From: a virus
Taxonomy: Duplodnaviria > Caudoviricetes
Direction: 5' to 3' (one strand)
Virus record (IMG/VR): IMGVR_UViG_3300022936_000132
Coordinates: 1-27,700 of that record
Length of the DNA stretch: 27,700 nt
Below are positions 17,747 to 26,047 of the stretch, piece after piece; within the stretch, counting starts at the first letter, position 1, and every line of letters starts with the position of its first letter. Below the pieces are notes generated by a model. That model saw only the letters and a list, made by a program, of their open reading frames with translations. It did not search any database and was not told the DNA's origin. A program made the position numbers and the translations under genes.

Positions 17747-18073
17747 CTACGCAACAAGGGACGCGTCCGTCTTCGCCGACTTCTGCAACAAAAAACCAAC
17801 GACCTTGCCGCCGATGGCCAGCAGGTCAGCCGGGTCCAGGTTGGCAACTTCGGGGGCGGTCAGTCCGGGGTTACTGAGGCGGGGAATGACTTTGATCAGG
17901 CTGGCCACGTCGAGCTGGATCAGCTCGGCCAGTTGAATGCCGCGCAATTCTCCGGAGCTGGGCTTGCGCAGGGTGATCTCGGAGATTTCAGTTTTGCCGC
18001 GCTTTACAGGGGTATCGAGGGTGATGGTGTTGTCGTCGGGGCTTTGAACGGCTGCGGTGTCTTCGATGGTCAT
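17747..18073 (-). CDS. E: Tail assembly chaperone GpE
   Basis: ITLDTPVKRG...LRKPSSGELRG...LDPADL; between tube and tape-measure genes. Confidence 0.9.
   Translation of the reverse strand: MTIEDTAAVQSPDDNTITLDTPVKRGKTEISEITLRKPSSGELRGIQLAELIQLDVASLIKVIPRLSNPGLTAPEVANLDPADLLAIGGKVVGFLLQKSAKTDASLVA
17789..17795 (-). other. -1 programmed ribosomal frameshift site giving E+E'
   Basis: T TTT TTG slippery heptamer as in P2 gene E; the -1 frame is open through FVAEVGEDGRVPCCVEDA into E'. Confidence 0.82.
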
Positions 18074-18097
18074 GGTGCTGTTCCAGATTCAGGGTTA

Positions 18098-18613
18098 TCA
18101 GATGCCGAGGGCGCTGCGCTGTTTTTCCAGCATGTCCACGCCGTTGACCTTTTCGATGAAGTTGAGCAAATCGATTTCGATGATTTCCTCACCGTCCACG
18201 GTCAGCTTGTAGTAGCTGCAAGTCGTGGTCATGCCGTGCTCGGTATCTTCGCCAGGCTGGGCGTCGCCCATTTCGATGGTCTCGTGCCGGCCGCGAACCA
18301 CAATCTCGACCTGGCTGTCTTCGCCGGTGTCGTCCTGCTGGAAAAAGCCGGTGAAGCGCAGGGGCACACCCGCAGCTTTGGTCGCGCCGAACTGGCGTAG
18401 GGAAATCAGATCCAGGCCGCCGGTTTTCCATTCCAGCTGGATACCGTCGTCCGAGAAACCCAGATCAGCCTTCACCGGGCCGTTCATGCCACCGCCGCGA
18501 TAGCTTTCCATCTTGCGGCCGAGGGAGGGCAGGGTGACGGTCTTGGCAACGCCCAGGTAAGCGTTGCCGTCGTTGAACAGATTCATGTTTTTCAGTTTGC
18601 GTGGCAGAGCCAT
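18098..18613 (-). CDS. FII: Major tail tube protein FII
   Basis: MALPRKLKNMNLFNDG...YRGGGMNG...EIDLLNFIEKVNGVD. Confidence 0.95.
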   Translation of the reverse strand: MALPRKLKNMNLFNDGNAYLGVAKTVTLPSLGRKMESYRGGGMNGPVKADLGFSDDGIQLEWKTGGLDLISLRQFGATKAAGVPLRFTGFFQQDDTGEDSQVEIVVRGRHETIEMGDAQPGEDTEHGMTTTCSYYKLTVDGEEIIEIDLLNFIEKVNGVDMLEKQRSALGI

Positions 18614-18628
18614 GGTCGGGCGCTCCGG

Positions 18629-19798
18629 TTAGCTGTTGATTCGGCTGGCGAAGTCCACCAGGTAGCGGTCGGTGATGCGCTGGCGCAAGGTCAGGTCTTC
18701 GAGCGGCGGGACGGGGGTGTAGTCGTAGTCCAGGTAGAGCTTGCCAGCCTTCAGTGTGTCTTTGTCGTTGATGTCGTCCGGATACCAGCACTGGCCGTCG
18801 ATGATGTAGCCCTGGGCTTTCAGCTCGCGGAACTTGGCGTTGATGCCTTCGATAATGTCCCGCACCAGTGAGGGATGCATGGGCTTGTCCATGGCCCACA
18901 TGTGCGCCTCGGCCATGGTGTCAGCGAGCACCTGAGCGGTGCGGGTGTAGTTCTCAAAGGCAAACAACGGATCATCGGAACAGGTGCGGCTGCCCCAAAA
19001 GCGAAAGCCGCCCTCGTTGATCAGCGTCGTGACTTCGTTGCCGTTGAGGTAGTTGGCATCGGTGGCAGGGTTCTGCAGATCCCAGAACACATCGGCACTA
19101 ATGCCGGTAACGCCATTTACCGCGACGTTGGAAAGGGTTTTGTGCCAGCCGGTTTCCTGATCGATCTTGGCGCGTAGGCCCAGCGCTCGGGCAACGGCAG
19201 AGGCGTCCACTGTGGAATTGCTGACCGTGCTCCAGTTCTGAAACTCCGGCCAGACCAACATGGCTTCCCGAGCGCCGAAGTTCTTGCGATAGGCAACGGC
19301 TTCTTCTTTGGTCTTGCAGCCCCAGGCGCTGACGTACGCAAAGGCACGTAGCTGTTGAGCAACCGCCACCAATGCGGCCGCAACCGGCTGGCTGTCCAGC
19401 CCTGGCACACCGAGGATGCGCGGCACCAACCCAAGGCGCGACTTGGCAGCCAGTAGCGCTTTCATACCGGTGTACTGACCAGTGGGAGAGGTGCCGCCAA
19501 TCAGCGCGCTGGTGGTTTCGGCCTCGTCTTCGCCTTCCTGGACGCGCACGACAATGGTCATGGGCTTGGTCTGGTCGGCAATTGCTTGAAGGCTGGCAGC
19601 CAGCGTGCCCTTGGTACCAGCTTTCGCAATGGCGGCTTGCACATTGGTCAGCAGGACGGGGGTGTCCAGGGGAAAGGCTTTGGGGTCAGCGTCATCGGCG
19701 GTACAAACCATGCCGACGACAGCGGTTGAAACGGTGCGAATCGGTCGCGTGCCCTCGTTGATTTCGAGGACCCGCACGCCGTGAAGGTAATCGGCCAT
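18629..19798 (-). CDS. FI: Tail sheath protein FI
   Basis: [16 protein letters not shown]...GWHKTLSN...GFRFWGSRT...[11 protein letters not shown]; ATG 19798 preferred. Confidence 0.95.
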   Translation of the reverse strand: MADYLHGVRVLEINEGTRPIRTVSTAVVGMVCTADDADPKAFPLDTPVLLTNVQAAIAKAGTKGTLAASLQAIADQTKPMTIVVRVQEGEDEAETTSALIGGTSPTGQYTGMKALLAAKSRLGLVPRILGVPGLDSQPVAAALVAVAQQLRAFAYVSAWGCKTKEEAVAYRKNFGAREAMLVWPEFQNWSTVSNSTVDASAVARALGLRAKIDQETGWHKTLSNVAVNGVTGISADVFWDLQNPATDANYLNGNEVTTLINEGGFRFWGSRTCSDDPLFAFENYTRTAQVLADTMAEAHMWAMDKPMHPSLVRDIIEGINAKFRELKAQGYIIDGQCWYPDDINDKDTLKAGKLYLDYDYTPVPPLEDLTLRQRITDRYLVDFASRINS

Positions 19799-19875
19799 GG
19801 GGTGAGCCTGTGCAGTGTTGGGGTGATGCTGCACAGATTGCCGGGCGAAAGATGGTTGAGGCGACTAGATGTGGG

Positions 19876-19894
19876 TGTAACGGGTGGGCGTACA
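19876..19894 (-). promoter_or_regulatory. Ogr-type late promoter box upstream of FI
   Basis: TGTA-N11-TACA dyad; the same dyad lies at a similar distance from a -10-like hexamer upstream of V. Confidence 0.68.
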
Positions 19895-20105
19895 ACATTC
19901 GAGGCCTCAGTGAGGCGCGGCCTAATTAACGCAAGACTGGGGAAAAAAGCGGATGAAAGTACGAAGGTTGTGGGATATCAGCAGAGGGCAAGAGCGGACC
20001 GGATAGGCAAGGTCAGACAAATTTTAATCTAACCTATTGAAAGATGGCAAATAGCCTCCATTATGCTTGCTAAGCATTCATAATTAAAAATGGCAGGGAA
20101 AGCAT

Positions 20106-20465
20106 ATGGACGTCGAGCAAGCAGGTGAAGTCGCTGCTGTAGGTGTAGCCGCCGCGACTGGCGCAGGATTAGGTGCCGCTTATGGCGTAGGCGTTATTGG
20201 GGTCGCAGCTGCCGAAGCTGCTGCGGCTACGGCCATCGCGGCGGGCGCATCGGCAGCGACGACTACGGCCGCCATTGCAGCAGCAGGTGGGGGGGCTATT
20301 GCCGCAGGCGGCACAGGAATGGCCGGAGGTGTCGCCACAATAGCTGGGGCGGCTGCAGGTACCGCGATACTCCCTATTGTGGCTTGCGCTGTCGGCGGTG
20401 CCGTCGTGCTAGGTGGCGTGGGCTGGGGAGCCTACAAGCTTGGTCAGAAGCTACTGAAAAAATAG
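20106..20465 (+). CDS. Gly/Ala-rich hydrophobic (glycine-zipper-like) small protein, cargo
   Basis: 119 aa, mostly G/A/V/I/T, with a basic C-terminus; AGGGA RBS; antisense to the tail genes. Confidence 0.72.
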   Translation: MDVEQAGEVAAVGVAAATGAGLGAAYGVGVIGVAAAEAAAATAIAAGASAATTTAAIAAAGGGAIAAGGTGMAGGVATIAGAAAGTAILPIVACAVGGAVVLGGVGWGAYKLGQKLLKK

Positions 20466-20584
20466 CTTTGGCGTATTGCTAATGACAGGTTTAGGTGAGC
20501 GACATGGTATATCTTGCTGCCTAACAAACAACGAAATTACTCCCACCCTCATTTCCCTCATACGGAAGACTACAAGGAATTTTC

Positions 20585-21454
20585 ATGTCGGAGCATCTCG
20601 GTTTTTATTTGTGTAATCTCATCATTCCAGGAGAGCCTGAGAAGCTTGAAATTAATACTCGGCTGGGGACGTGGGAATTAGAACGAGAGCATCGCTACCT
20701 CGAGGTTAAGCAAGCGCTCGCAGACGGTAGGGTTGGAGAGACATACAGCATTATGACCGACGTTGTTGTTGGTCCGTCCGGCCGTGCAGCTTCTCTTGAT
20801 GCAGTGTTTGATGAATTGCTACCTATCTGTTTAGCCTCGAGCTACCTGACTGGTGCTAGTGTAGCGGTGAGTAGGTCGCATCCGTTTTCTGAATGCAGCT
20901 TTTTGCAAGTCGGTCCGCATTTTCCAAGGCTACGGGCCGTATGTGAAATTGACAGTGTAGTAAACACTCAGCAACAGTTCGCTGAACGTGTTGAAGCCTT
21001 CGTGCGTAATCACTCAGTGTCGGGATTTGCAGAGAAGGATCGGCTTCTAGTTCATCACTGGCTCAATGCGGTCGCATGTTGGTCGATGGAAGACCTCTGC
21101 CTAAGCACAGGGACTCTACTTGAGATAATCGCAGCAACTGCAGAGCGAGAGGGGAAAGTTGCTGGGCAATCCCTCATGAACTTCAACCAAAGAATTCAGT
21201 TCGCTGCGACTCGTTTCACGTTGCCGCAGCTAAGCGCAGATTTTAGGAATATGCGGAATGATCTCGTTCACGAAGGGACGCTTTCAATAAAAAAATTCCC
21301 TAACAAATCTCTAGCAGAGTGTGCAGCGGCTGTGGCCGAGGCATTGCACTGGATTGATCAGTACATGCATGCCGCACTTGGTTTGGGGTCGTTAATTAGC
21401 AACAGGTTTCCTGCCAATACCTACAGGAGTCTGAACGCATTCTCTCTAGACTAA
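20585..21454 (+). CDS. HEPN-motif protein (candidate anti-phage RNase)
   Basis: C-terminal RNDLVH (R-x4-H) preceded by a helix with LLEIIA; AAGGA RBS. Confidence 0.7.
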   Translation: MSEHLGFYLCNLIIPGEPEKLEINTRLGTWELEREHRYLEVKQALADGRVGETYSIMTDVVVGPSGRAASLDAVFDELLPICLASSYLTGASVAVSRSHPFSECSFLQVGPHFPRLRAVCEIDSVVNTQQQFAERVEAFVRNHSVSGFAEKDRLLVHHWLNAVACWSMEDLCLSTGTLLEIIAATAEREGKVAGQSLMNFNQRIQFAATRFTLPQLSADFRNMRNDLVHEGTLSIKKFPNKSLAECAAAVAEALHWIDQYMHAALGLGSLISNRFPANTYRSLNAFSLD

Positions 21455-22318
21455 TGCTTCACCCTTAGCGCGCGTATTGATTAATCGACATGCAATCCAC
21501 TCCGCAATTTGCGGCACAACGGCGTTTCCGCTAGCGAAAGCTTCTGCAAGGTTGGCCTCATCCAGTCCGAGGCAAAGCCCATCATTTTCAGACGCTCGCT
21601 GCCGCTCAACCATCTGATCCCATCGGTTCGGCTCAGCGACGAAAGTGGTGCAGCCCAGAGTGATTCGCCCTGGGGCGTTGTCTGCCAGCAGAGTATTGGC
21701 AGCCCATGCATCCGCGGGGCGTGGCCACTGGATCGAGCCAGACGCTGGAGATATTGCGTCCACTGGCGTGGCGTCAGCCAGCAGCTCCATGGGGGGCATT
21801 TGTCGATAACCGGCGACCAGGAATATGCGACGACGTTGCTGGGGGACTCCGAAATATTGAGCATTAAGCACTCGCCAAAATCCCACATACCCGCAGTCCG
21901 CAAGGGCCCGGATGACTGTCTCAAAGTCTTCGCTATCGTTGACAGCGAGCAGGTTAACGACGTTCTCAAGGACCACCCAGCGAGGTTGTATTTCTTTGAG
22001 GATGCGTATGACTTCCCAGAAAAGGCCGCTGCGTTCGCCGCGTAATCCCCGCTTGCCTTGATTGTTGGGGTTGGCTCCGGCGATGCTGATGTCCTGGCAG
22101 GGAAATCCGCCGGTGAGCACGTCGACACGGGAAAGATTGTGCGCGCCGCAATGGCGCACATCTTCGAACTGTTGGGCGTGCGGAAATCGATCGGCAAGGA
22201 CAGCCCGGTTAACGGGGTTGAGTTCAACTTGCCAGGCAGTGCGATAGCCTGCGTTTTCGAATCCGACATCGAAACCTCCTATGCCTGCGAACAGGCTTCC
22301 AATGGTTGGCTGTGGCAT
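21446..22318 (-). CDS. DNA (cytosine-5) methyltransferase, alpha-type polypeptide lacking motif IX
   Basis: Motifs I LFAGIGG, IV GFPCQDIS, VI LENV, VIII PQQRRR, X GNAVVPQIAEWIA. Confidence 0.9.
   Translation of the reverse strand: MPQPTIGSLFAGIGGFDVGFENAGYRTAWQVELNPVNRAVLADRFPHAQQFEDVRHCGAHNLSRVDVLTGGFPCQDISIAGANPNNQGKRGLRGERSGLFWEVIRILKEIQPRWVVLENVVNLLAVNDSEDFETVIRALADCGYVGFWRVLNAQYFGVPQQRRRIFLVAGYRQMPPMELLADATPVDAISPASGSIQWPRPADAWAANTLLADNAPGRITLGCTTFVAEPNRWDQMVERQRASENDGLCLGLDEANLAEAFASGNAVVPQIAEWIACRLINTRAKGEALV
21481..22269 (-). CDS. Nested +1-frame ORF: candidate MTase beta polypeptide carrying motif IX
   Basis: 262 codons with no stop, same strand as alpha; AGGAGG 5 nt before ATG 22269; IRWLSGSERLKMMGFASDW matches motif IX (R.L...E..RL.GFP..W). 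Confidence 0.75.
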   Translation of the reverse strand: MSDSKTQAIALPGKLNSTPLTGLSLPIDFRTPNSSKMCAIAARTIFPVSTCSPADFPARTSASPEPTPTIKASGDYAANAAAFSGKSYASSKKYNLAGWSLRTSLTCSLSTIAKTLRQSSGPLRTAGMWDFGECLMLNISESPSNVVAYSWSPVIDKCPPWSCWLTPRQWTQYLQRLARSSGHAPRMHGLPILCWQTTPQGESLWAAPLSSLSRTDGIRWLSGSERLKMMGFASDWMRPTLQKLSLAETPLCRKLRSGLHVD

Positions 22319-22485
22319 TGCGTGGTGGTTGTTCCTGGGTGCAGATGCTCACGGCGTTCTGGCAGGAGGCTCGCGGCCTTCAAGTGGTTCAGTGTCCGGC
22401 AGCGCGGGCACTTGATTTGTATTTCAATGACGCCGCTCGCGGCGGCAAGTTTGCGGCTGCAGTGGCCGCAGCGGATGTCTTGCAT
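22279..22485 (-). CDS. com: Mu-like Com zinc-finger translational regulator
   Basis: MQDIRCGHCSRKLA...IQIKCPRCRTLN C4 motif; directly upstream of and overlapping a DNA-modification gene, as in Mu com-mom. Confidence 0.85.
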   Translation of the reverse strand: MQDIRCGHCSRKLAAASGVIEIQIKCPRCRTLNHLKAASLLPERREHLHPGTTTTQCHSQPLEACSQA

Positions 22486-22540
22486 GTGCAAATCCATTTG
22501 CGAATGTTCAGGTGGTGGCGAACTGGAAGTCGTGATTACG

Positions 22541-22990
22541 TCATGACGTCTGGGAGGCAAGCCAACCAGGCGGGGAGGGTCTCGACTTGGCTTTAGGGAA
22601 GGTTTTAAGTTGTGGCCACTCCCGCAGAGCTTGTCGGTGAGCCTGCAATTCCGTGTATTGCGTCGGGCTTAGCGTGGTTTTAGCGCGATTCTCGACCTCG
22701 TCCCTGTGCCTGAGCACCATGGCATCCGTGCGCGCAAGCTGGGTATCGCGCCAAGCTCGTTCTAAGGCCTCTAGCTGCTCGACAGTCATGGACGGTGGGT
22801 CAATCAGCTGCGGATAGCCATCTGCTCCTGCGGCCATTTTCTTGGGGCTGACCGCCAACTCTTCGAGCAATGCTTGCCATGCGGATGCGGTGACTTCCAC
22901 AACATCACTTGGCATCTGAGAGCCGTGCATTTCTGTGGTGTAAGCGCCAAGTGTGGACGGGCTGAAAAAAACATTTGCACTCATGGTCAT
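22541..22990 (-). CDS. Tail fibre assembly chaperone (GpG/Tfa-like)
   Basis: GYPQLIDPP...ERAWRD...RQALREWPQ...RPSPP.WL; ATGA overlap with the fibre stop. Confidence 0.85.
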   Translation of the reverse strand: MTMSANVFFSPSTLGAYTTEMHGSQMPSDVVEVTASAWQALLEELAVSPKKMAAGADGYPQLIDPPSMTVEQLEALERAWRDTQLARTDAMVLRHRDEVENRAKTTLSPTQYTELQAHRQALREWPQLKTFPKAKSRPSPPGWLASQTS

Positions 22991-24531
22991 ACCCCTAACG
23001 CACGCCAATAAACACCCCATCCGGCTTGCGCACTCCCATCAGCATTTTGTACGCGGACGGTGCAGCCAGTGGTCTTTACTGATCCATTGATGACGCAGCT
23101 CTTTAGCCCGGCGGTGCCGATGTGTAAAAGGCTGATGTTTCGCATTGCGACGGGGAATGCCATTGGGAAAGTGATGTAGACATAGCCGTTGGCATCACAT
23201 GCCCCCGTTCCCCATTGCTCAATGGCGCCGCCCGGCTGCCTATAGCCGCTGTTCATGTTGCTGATTGAGAAAGCCGGCGAATATTTAAGCGCCGCATCAC
23301 CCCGTTCCAGCTCCCAGCCGCTCGCATCATCAGCTCGGCGGAAAATTGCCATTGAGGTAGGCATGATCGCGATAGGACCTGTTACGCCTGATAGTGTGCG
23401 AAGAGCCTGGCCGCTCCAGGTGGTCGCCGTTAGGTCTTCCGTGGCTCGGGACAAAACTGTAATCAGGCTGCCCGACGCGACTGATCTTGCGTCTGGCAAT
23501 GTGATTGCAGCGCTTGTCCCGGTTATCGAAACGAGTCGCCCAACATCCGCCGCCGTCAGCGTTACGTCGCCGGCATAGGTCACGGCTTCGGAATAACTAC
23601 CCTGGTTGCGGATTACAAACTCGGTCGTCGCCAGCGCGCCAGACCTATCGAATTGCGGGGGAGTATTCGCCGTCGGATTAGTCAGTGTTGGGGCGTTCAT
23701 TGGGGCGTAGCCCAGGGTGACGTCCTGAAACTTTAGCGCAGTGATCCCCAGCACAATGGGCCCATCAGTCACCAACTGCCATCGAGTGTCCGCCAGCTTC
23801 GCACCTTGCTCGACTGATACCAGGAGCGCCGAGGTAACTTCGCTATGGTGATCAGCATCAGCGCTGCGCGCCCATACCCCAGGGCTGGCAATGTAGATGC
23901 CATTGTCTTTGGCCACCTTCTGGTTCTTTACCAGGACTCGATCACCCGTGACCAACTGCTGGGTGTCGATGATGTGAAGCCCCGCCAAGCTGATATTGGC
24001 GGTGGTAGCCAGTCGTACCGACTGTTTGTTATCGAGCTTGAAAAGCTGCTCAATTATTCGGGAATCAACATATTCGCGTGTCGCCAGAACCACGCTCGGA
24101 TCGATCTTGAGCACCACGTTAGCCGTGCTGCTGATGATGAATGTCATGCGCACGACCTGCGTCCTGCCGGAACCCTGGCCGAGCAAGGGTTTGTAGCTCG
24201 GCGCGCAGTTCGATACCGCTACCAGATCCCCGTCCGCATCGTATAACCCGACCTCTCTGACCCACCAGCCGCCCACGTCAGCTGGAATGACTTGCTCGGC
24301 GATGAGCAGGCCAGGGTTCTTTGCATCGATGGTGAGCTGGTTTAACGGGGCGCGTCTGCGTTCGTTGATCAATGCAGTCTGTAGCCGATCGGGAATTGGG
24401 TCGCTGCCATTTGCATCACCGACGCCCATTTGAGTGATCAGCCAAGGGATACCGAGTGCATCGGCGTTGGCCTGCTTGGCCTCTCCCACGGCTGTGAGGA
24501 TCGCTAAAAATTGAGAGTTCTGGTCAATCAT
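22987..24531 (-). CDS. H: Tail fibre protein GpH
   Basis: N-terminal DUF3751-like region (AILTAVGEAK...GGWWVREVGL...IDPSVVLATREYVD), C-terminal QWG...ITFPMAFP domain. Confidence 0.92.
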   Translation of the reverse strand: MIDQNSQFLAILTAVGEAKQANADALGIPWLITQMGVGDANGSDPIPDRLQTALINERRRAPLNQLTIDAKNPGLLIAEQVIPADVGGWWVREVGLYDADGDLVAVSNCAPSYKPLLGQGSGRTQVVRMTFIISSTANVVLKIDPSVVLATREYVDSRIIEQLFKLDNKQSVRLATTANISLAGLHIIDTQQLVTGDRVLVKNQKVAKDNGIYIASPGVWARSADADHHSEVTSALLVSVEQGAKLADTRWQLVTDGPIVLGITALKFQDVTLGYAPMNAPTLTNPTANTPPQFDRSGALATTEFVIRNQGSYSEAVTYAGDVTLTAADVGRLVSITGTSAAITLPDARSVASGSLITVLSRATEDLTATTWSGQALRTLSGVTGPIAIMPTSMAIFRRADDASGWELERGDAALKYSPAFSISNMNSGYRQPGGAIEQWGTGACDANGYVYITFPMAFPVAMRNISLLHIGTAGLKSCVINGSVKTTGCTVRVQNADGSAQAGWGVYWRALGV

Positions 24532-25136
24532 GGGTATACGTCCAGGGTATCAATACAGTGCTCGGCACCGGTCATGCCGATGCGTCCTACGACTTCAATG
24601 TCACGTTGGGCGGGCGGGTAAATGTCGGTCTGGTCACCTTCGAAGAGGCAAGCCCCGACATGGATCTGGCCGCTGGTTTCCAGACTGATAGCCAGGCCTG
24701 TCAGGTGGCGACTGAGGGGTTTGGCGTCGTCAATCAGCCAAGTCAGCTCCTGATACATCTCTTCGGTAATGCCGGTATCCAGCACGCCAACGGTGAGCTG
24801 GAAAGTGCCAGGCGTGGTCGTTGGTGTTTCCTCCCACCATTCCCGGACCTCGATCAGGAATCCCAGTGGTTCGACTACTCGGCGCAACGCGCCAATGGTG
24901 CCTTTGCGCGAGTGGACGAAATGCGCTGAGCGAATGGCCGACCGCTTGGCAGATTCAGGCCAGCGGCTATCCCAGCGGTCTACGGAAAACGCCCAGGCCA
25001 GGTATGGCAGCAAGGGAGCAGGGCAGGTATCCGGGTTGCACAACTGGCGCAACGGAATGGGCGTGCGCTGGATCTGCGCCAATGCTTGGGCGGCTAGGCG
25101 TTCCAGCGGAGTGGCATTGCCGGGGAGCAGGCTCAT
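24528..25136 (-). CDS. I: Phage tail/baseplate protein GpI
   Basis: SLLPGNATPLE...CPAPLLPYLAWAFSVDRWD...KGT; ATGA overlap with J. Confidence 0.93.
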   Translation of the reverse strand: MSLLPGNATPLERLAAQALAQIQRTPIPLRQLCNPDTCPAPLLPYLAWAFSVDRWDSRWPESAKRSAIRSAHFVHSRKGTIGALRRVVEPLGFLIEVREWWEETPTTTPGTFQLTVGVLDTGITEEMYQELTWLIDDAKPLSRHLTGLAISLETSGQIHVGACLFEGDQTDIYPPAQRDIEVVGRIGMTGAEHCIDTLDVYP

Positions 25137-26047
25137 GAGAATGCTCCCAGCGCGACATCGATACCTGTGCAAAAAGGTGCCTGTTGCAGGCTGGCTGTGA
25201 TGTCTTTCCAGTCGTGGAGCACGACTTTACGCACGCCCTCGACGTGGAGCGCCGCGTGTAGTGCCGATTCAGAAACCTCCATGCCCAGCCGTCTACGTTT
25301 ATGCACGAAGGCGAGCAAACGTTTCTCGGCTGCCGCAAGAATCGGTTCAGACTCCGGACCGATGGTGATCAGATGCAGGGTCGCTTTGACCTGATAGCGC
25401 AAGACCTCCGCACCACGAACCGTCAGTCGATCGGCAACAGGCCGACGGTCTTCGTCGCTCAAGTAGCGCGCGACAACTGATAGCAGATCGTCCGGGCTGG
25501 TCCCGTCGCCCATCACTGATTGCACGGTGACCACTACGACTGCTGGTGTTGGGCTATCGGCTGTGGCATCTGCTACACGACCATCGGCGGCGCGGGCGTG
25601 AAAGATATAGCTGTTACGCGGCCCTGCGGTGCTCAAGCCTTCCCACGCCATTTGCGCCCGCTCACGTAGGCTGTCATCGCTTTCCATGATGCGCGTCTGC
25701 GGCGGCGAGGCCTTCGGGTTGCTTGGCTGAATCACCAGGCGCTTGACGTTGTAGTTGGCTGCCAGCTGCTCCAAGTCGGTGCCTTCAGCGCTGGACAGCA
25801 GGTTTGCCAGGGCGGCTTCGTTCACCCTTTGCCGCCAGATCATTTCCCTGTAGGCGTTCTCTTGGAGCAGCTTGTTCAGCGGCTCGGATTCCAGTGCCAG
25901 ACGTGCAGCTATCTCCGCTTGTTCGTCCTGTGGCCAGAGGCTGATGGCGTAGGCTTTGCGCTCGCTCAGGATCTGCTCATAGTCCAGCTGTTCGACCACT
26001 TGCGGCGGTGGTAGCTGACTGAGGTCGATGGCGGCAAAGGTATTCAA
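25133..26047 (-). CDS. J: Baseplate assembly protein GpJ
   Basis: IDLSQLPPPQVVE...ESDDSLRER...LSTAGP...RPVADR. Confidence 0.94.
   Translation of the reverse strand: MNTFAAIDLSQLPPPQVVEQLDYEQILSERKAYAISLWPQDEQAEIAARLALESEPLNKLLQENAYREMIWRQRVNEAALANLLSSAEGTDLEQLAANYNVKRLVIQPSNPKASPPQTRIMESDDSLRERAQMAWEGLSTAGPRNSYIFHARAADGRVADATADSPTPAVVVVTVQSVMGDGTSPDDLLSVVARYLSDEDRRPVADRLTVRGAEVLRYQVKATLHLITIGPESEPILAAAEKRLLAFVHKRRRLGMEVSESALHAALHVEGVRKVVLHDWKDITASLQQAPFCTGIDVALGAFS

Noticed and set aside
13809-18400. Long plus-strand ORFs 13809..14801, 15164..16021, 16847..17542, 17705..18400
   Set aside because: Antisense shadows of well-supported tail genes. Unlike the MTase beta ORF, they supply no missing motif.
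20030-20520. sigma70 promoters for the Gly-rich and HEPN genes
   Set aside because: Candidate -35/-10 hexamers have poor spacing or weak matches, so none can be called.
21446-22318. Reading the MTase as a simple frameshifted pseudogene or sequencing error
   Set aside because: Motif X lies after the motif IX position and is in the original frame, so one indel cannot explain it; the second frame is also open for 262 codons from its own RBS.
20585-22318. HEPN ORF plus MTase as a type II restriction-modification pair
   Set aside because: The convergent partner shows an RxxxxH motif and no evident PD-(D/E)xK or HNH pattern, and the MTase is tied to com. Not fully excluded without a structure search.
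21509-22546. Plus-strand ORFs 21509..22045 and 22058..22546 over the MTase module
   Set aside because: Antisense, with no motifs; explained by two constrained frames on the minus strand.
22541-24531. Tail-fibre switching (invertase or diversity-generating retroelement)
   Set aside because: No invertase, reverse transcriptase, second fibre tip or template repeat was seen in the window.
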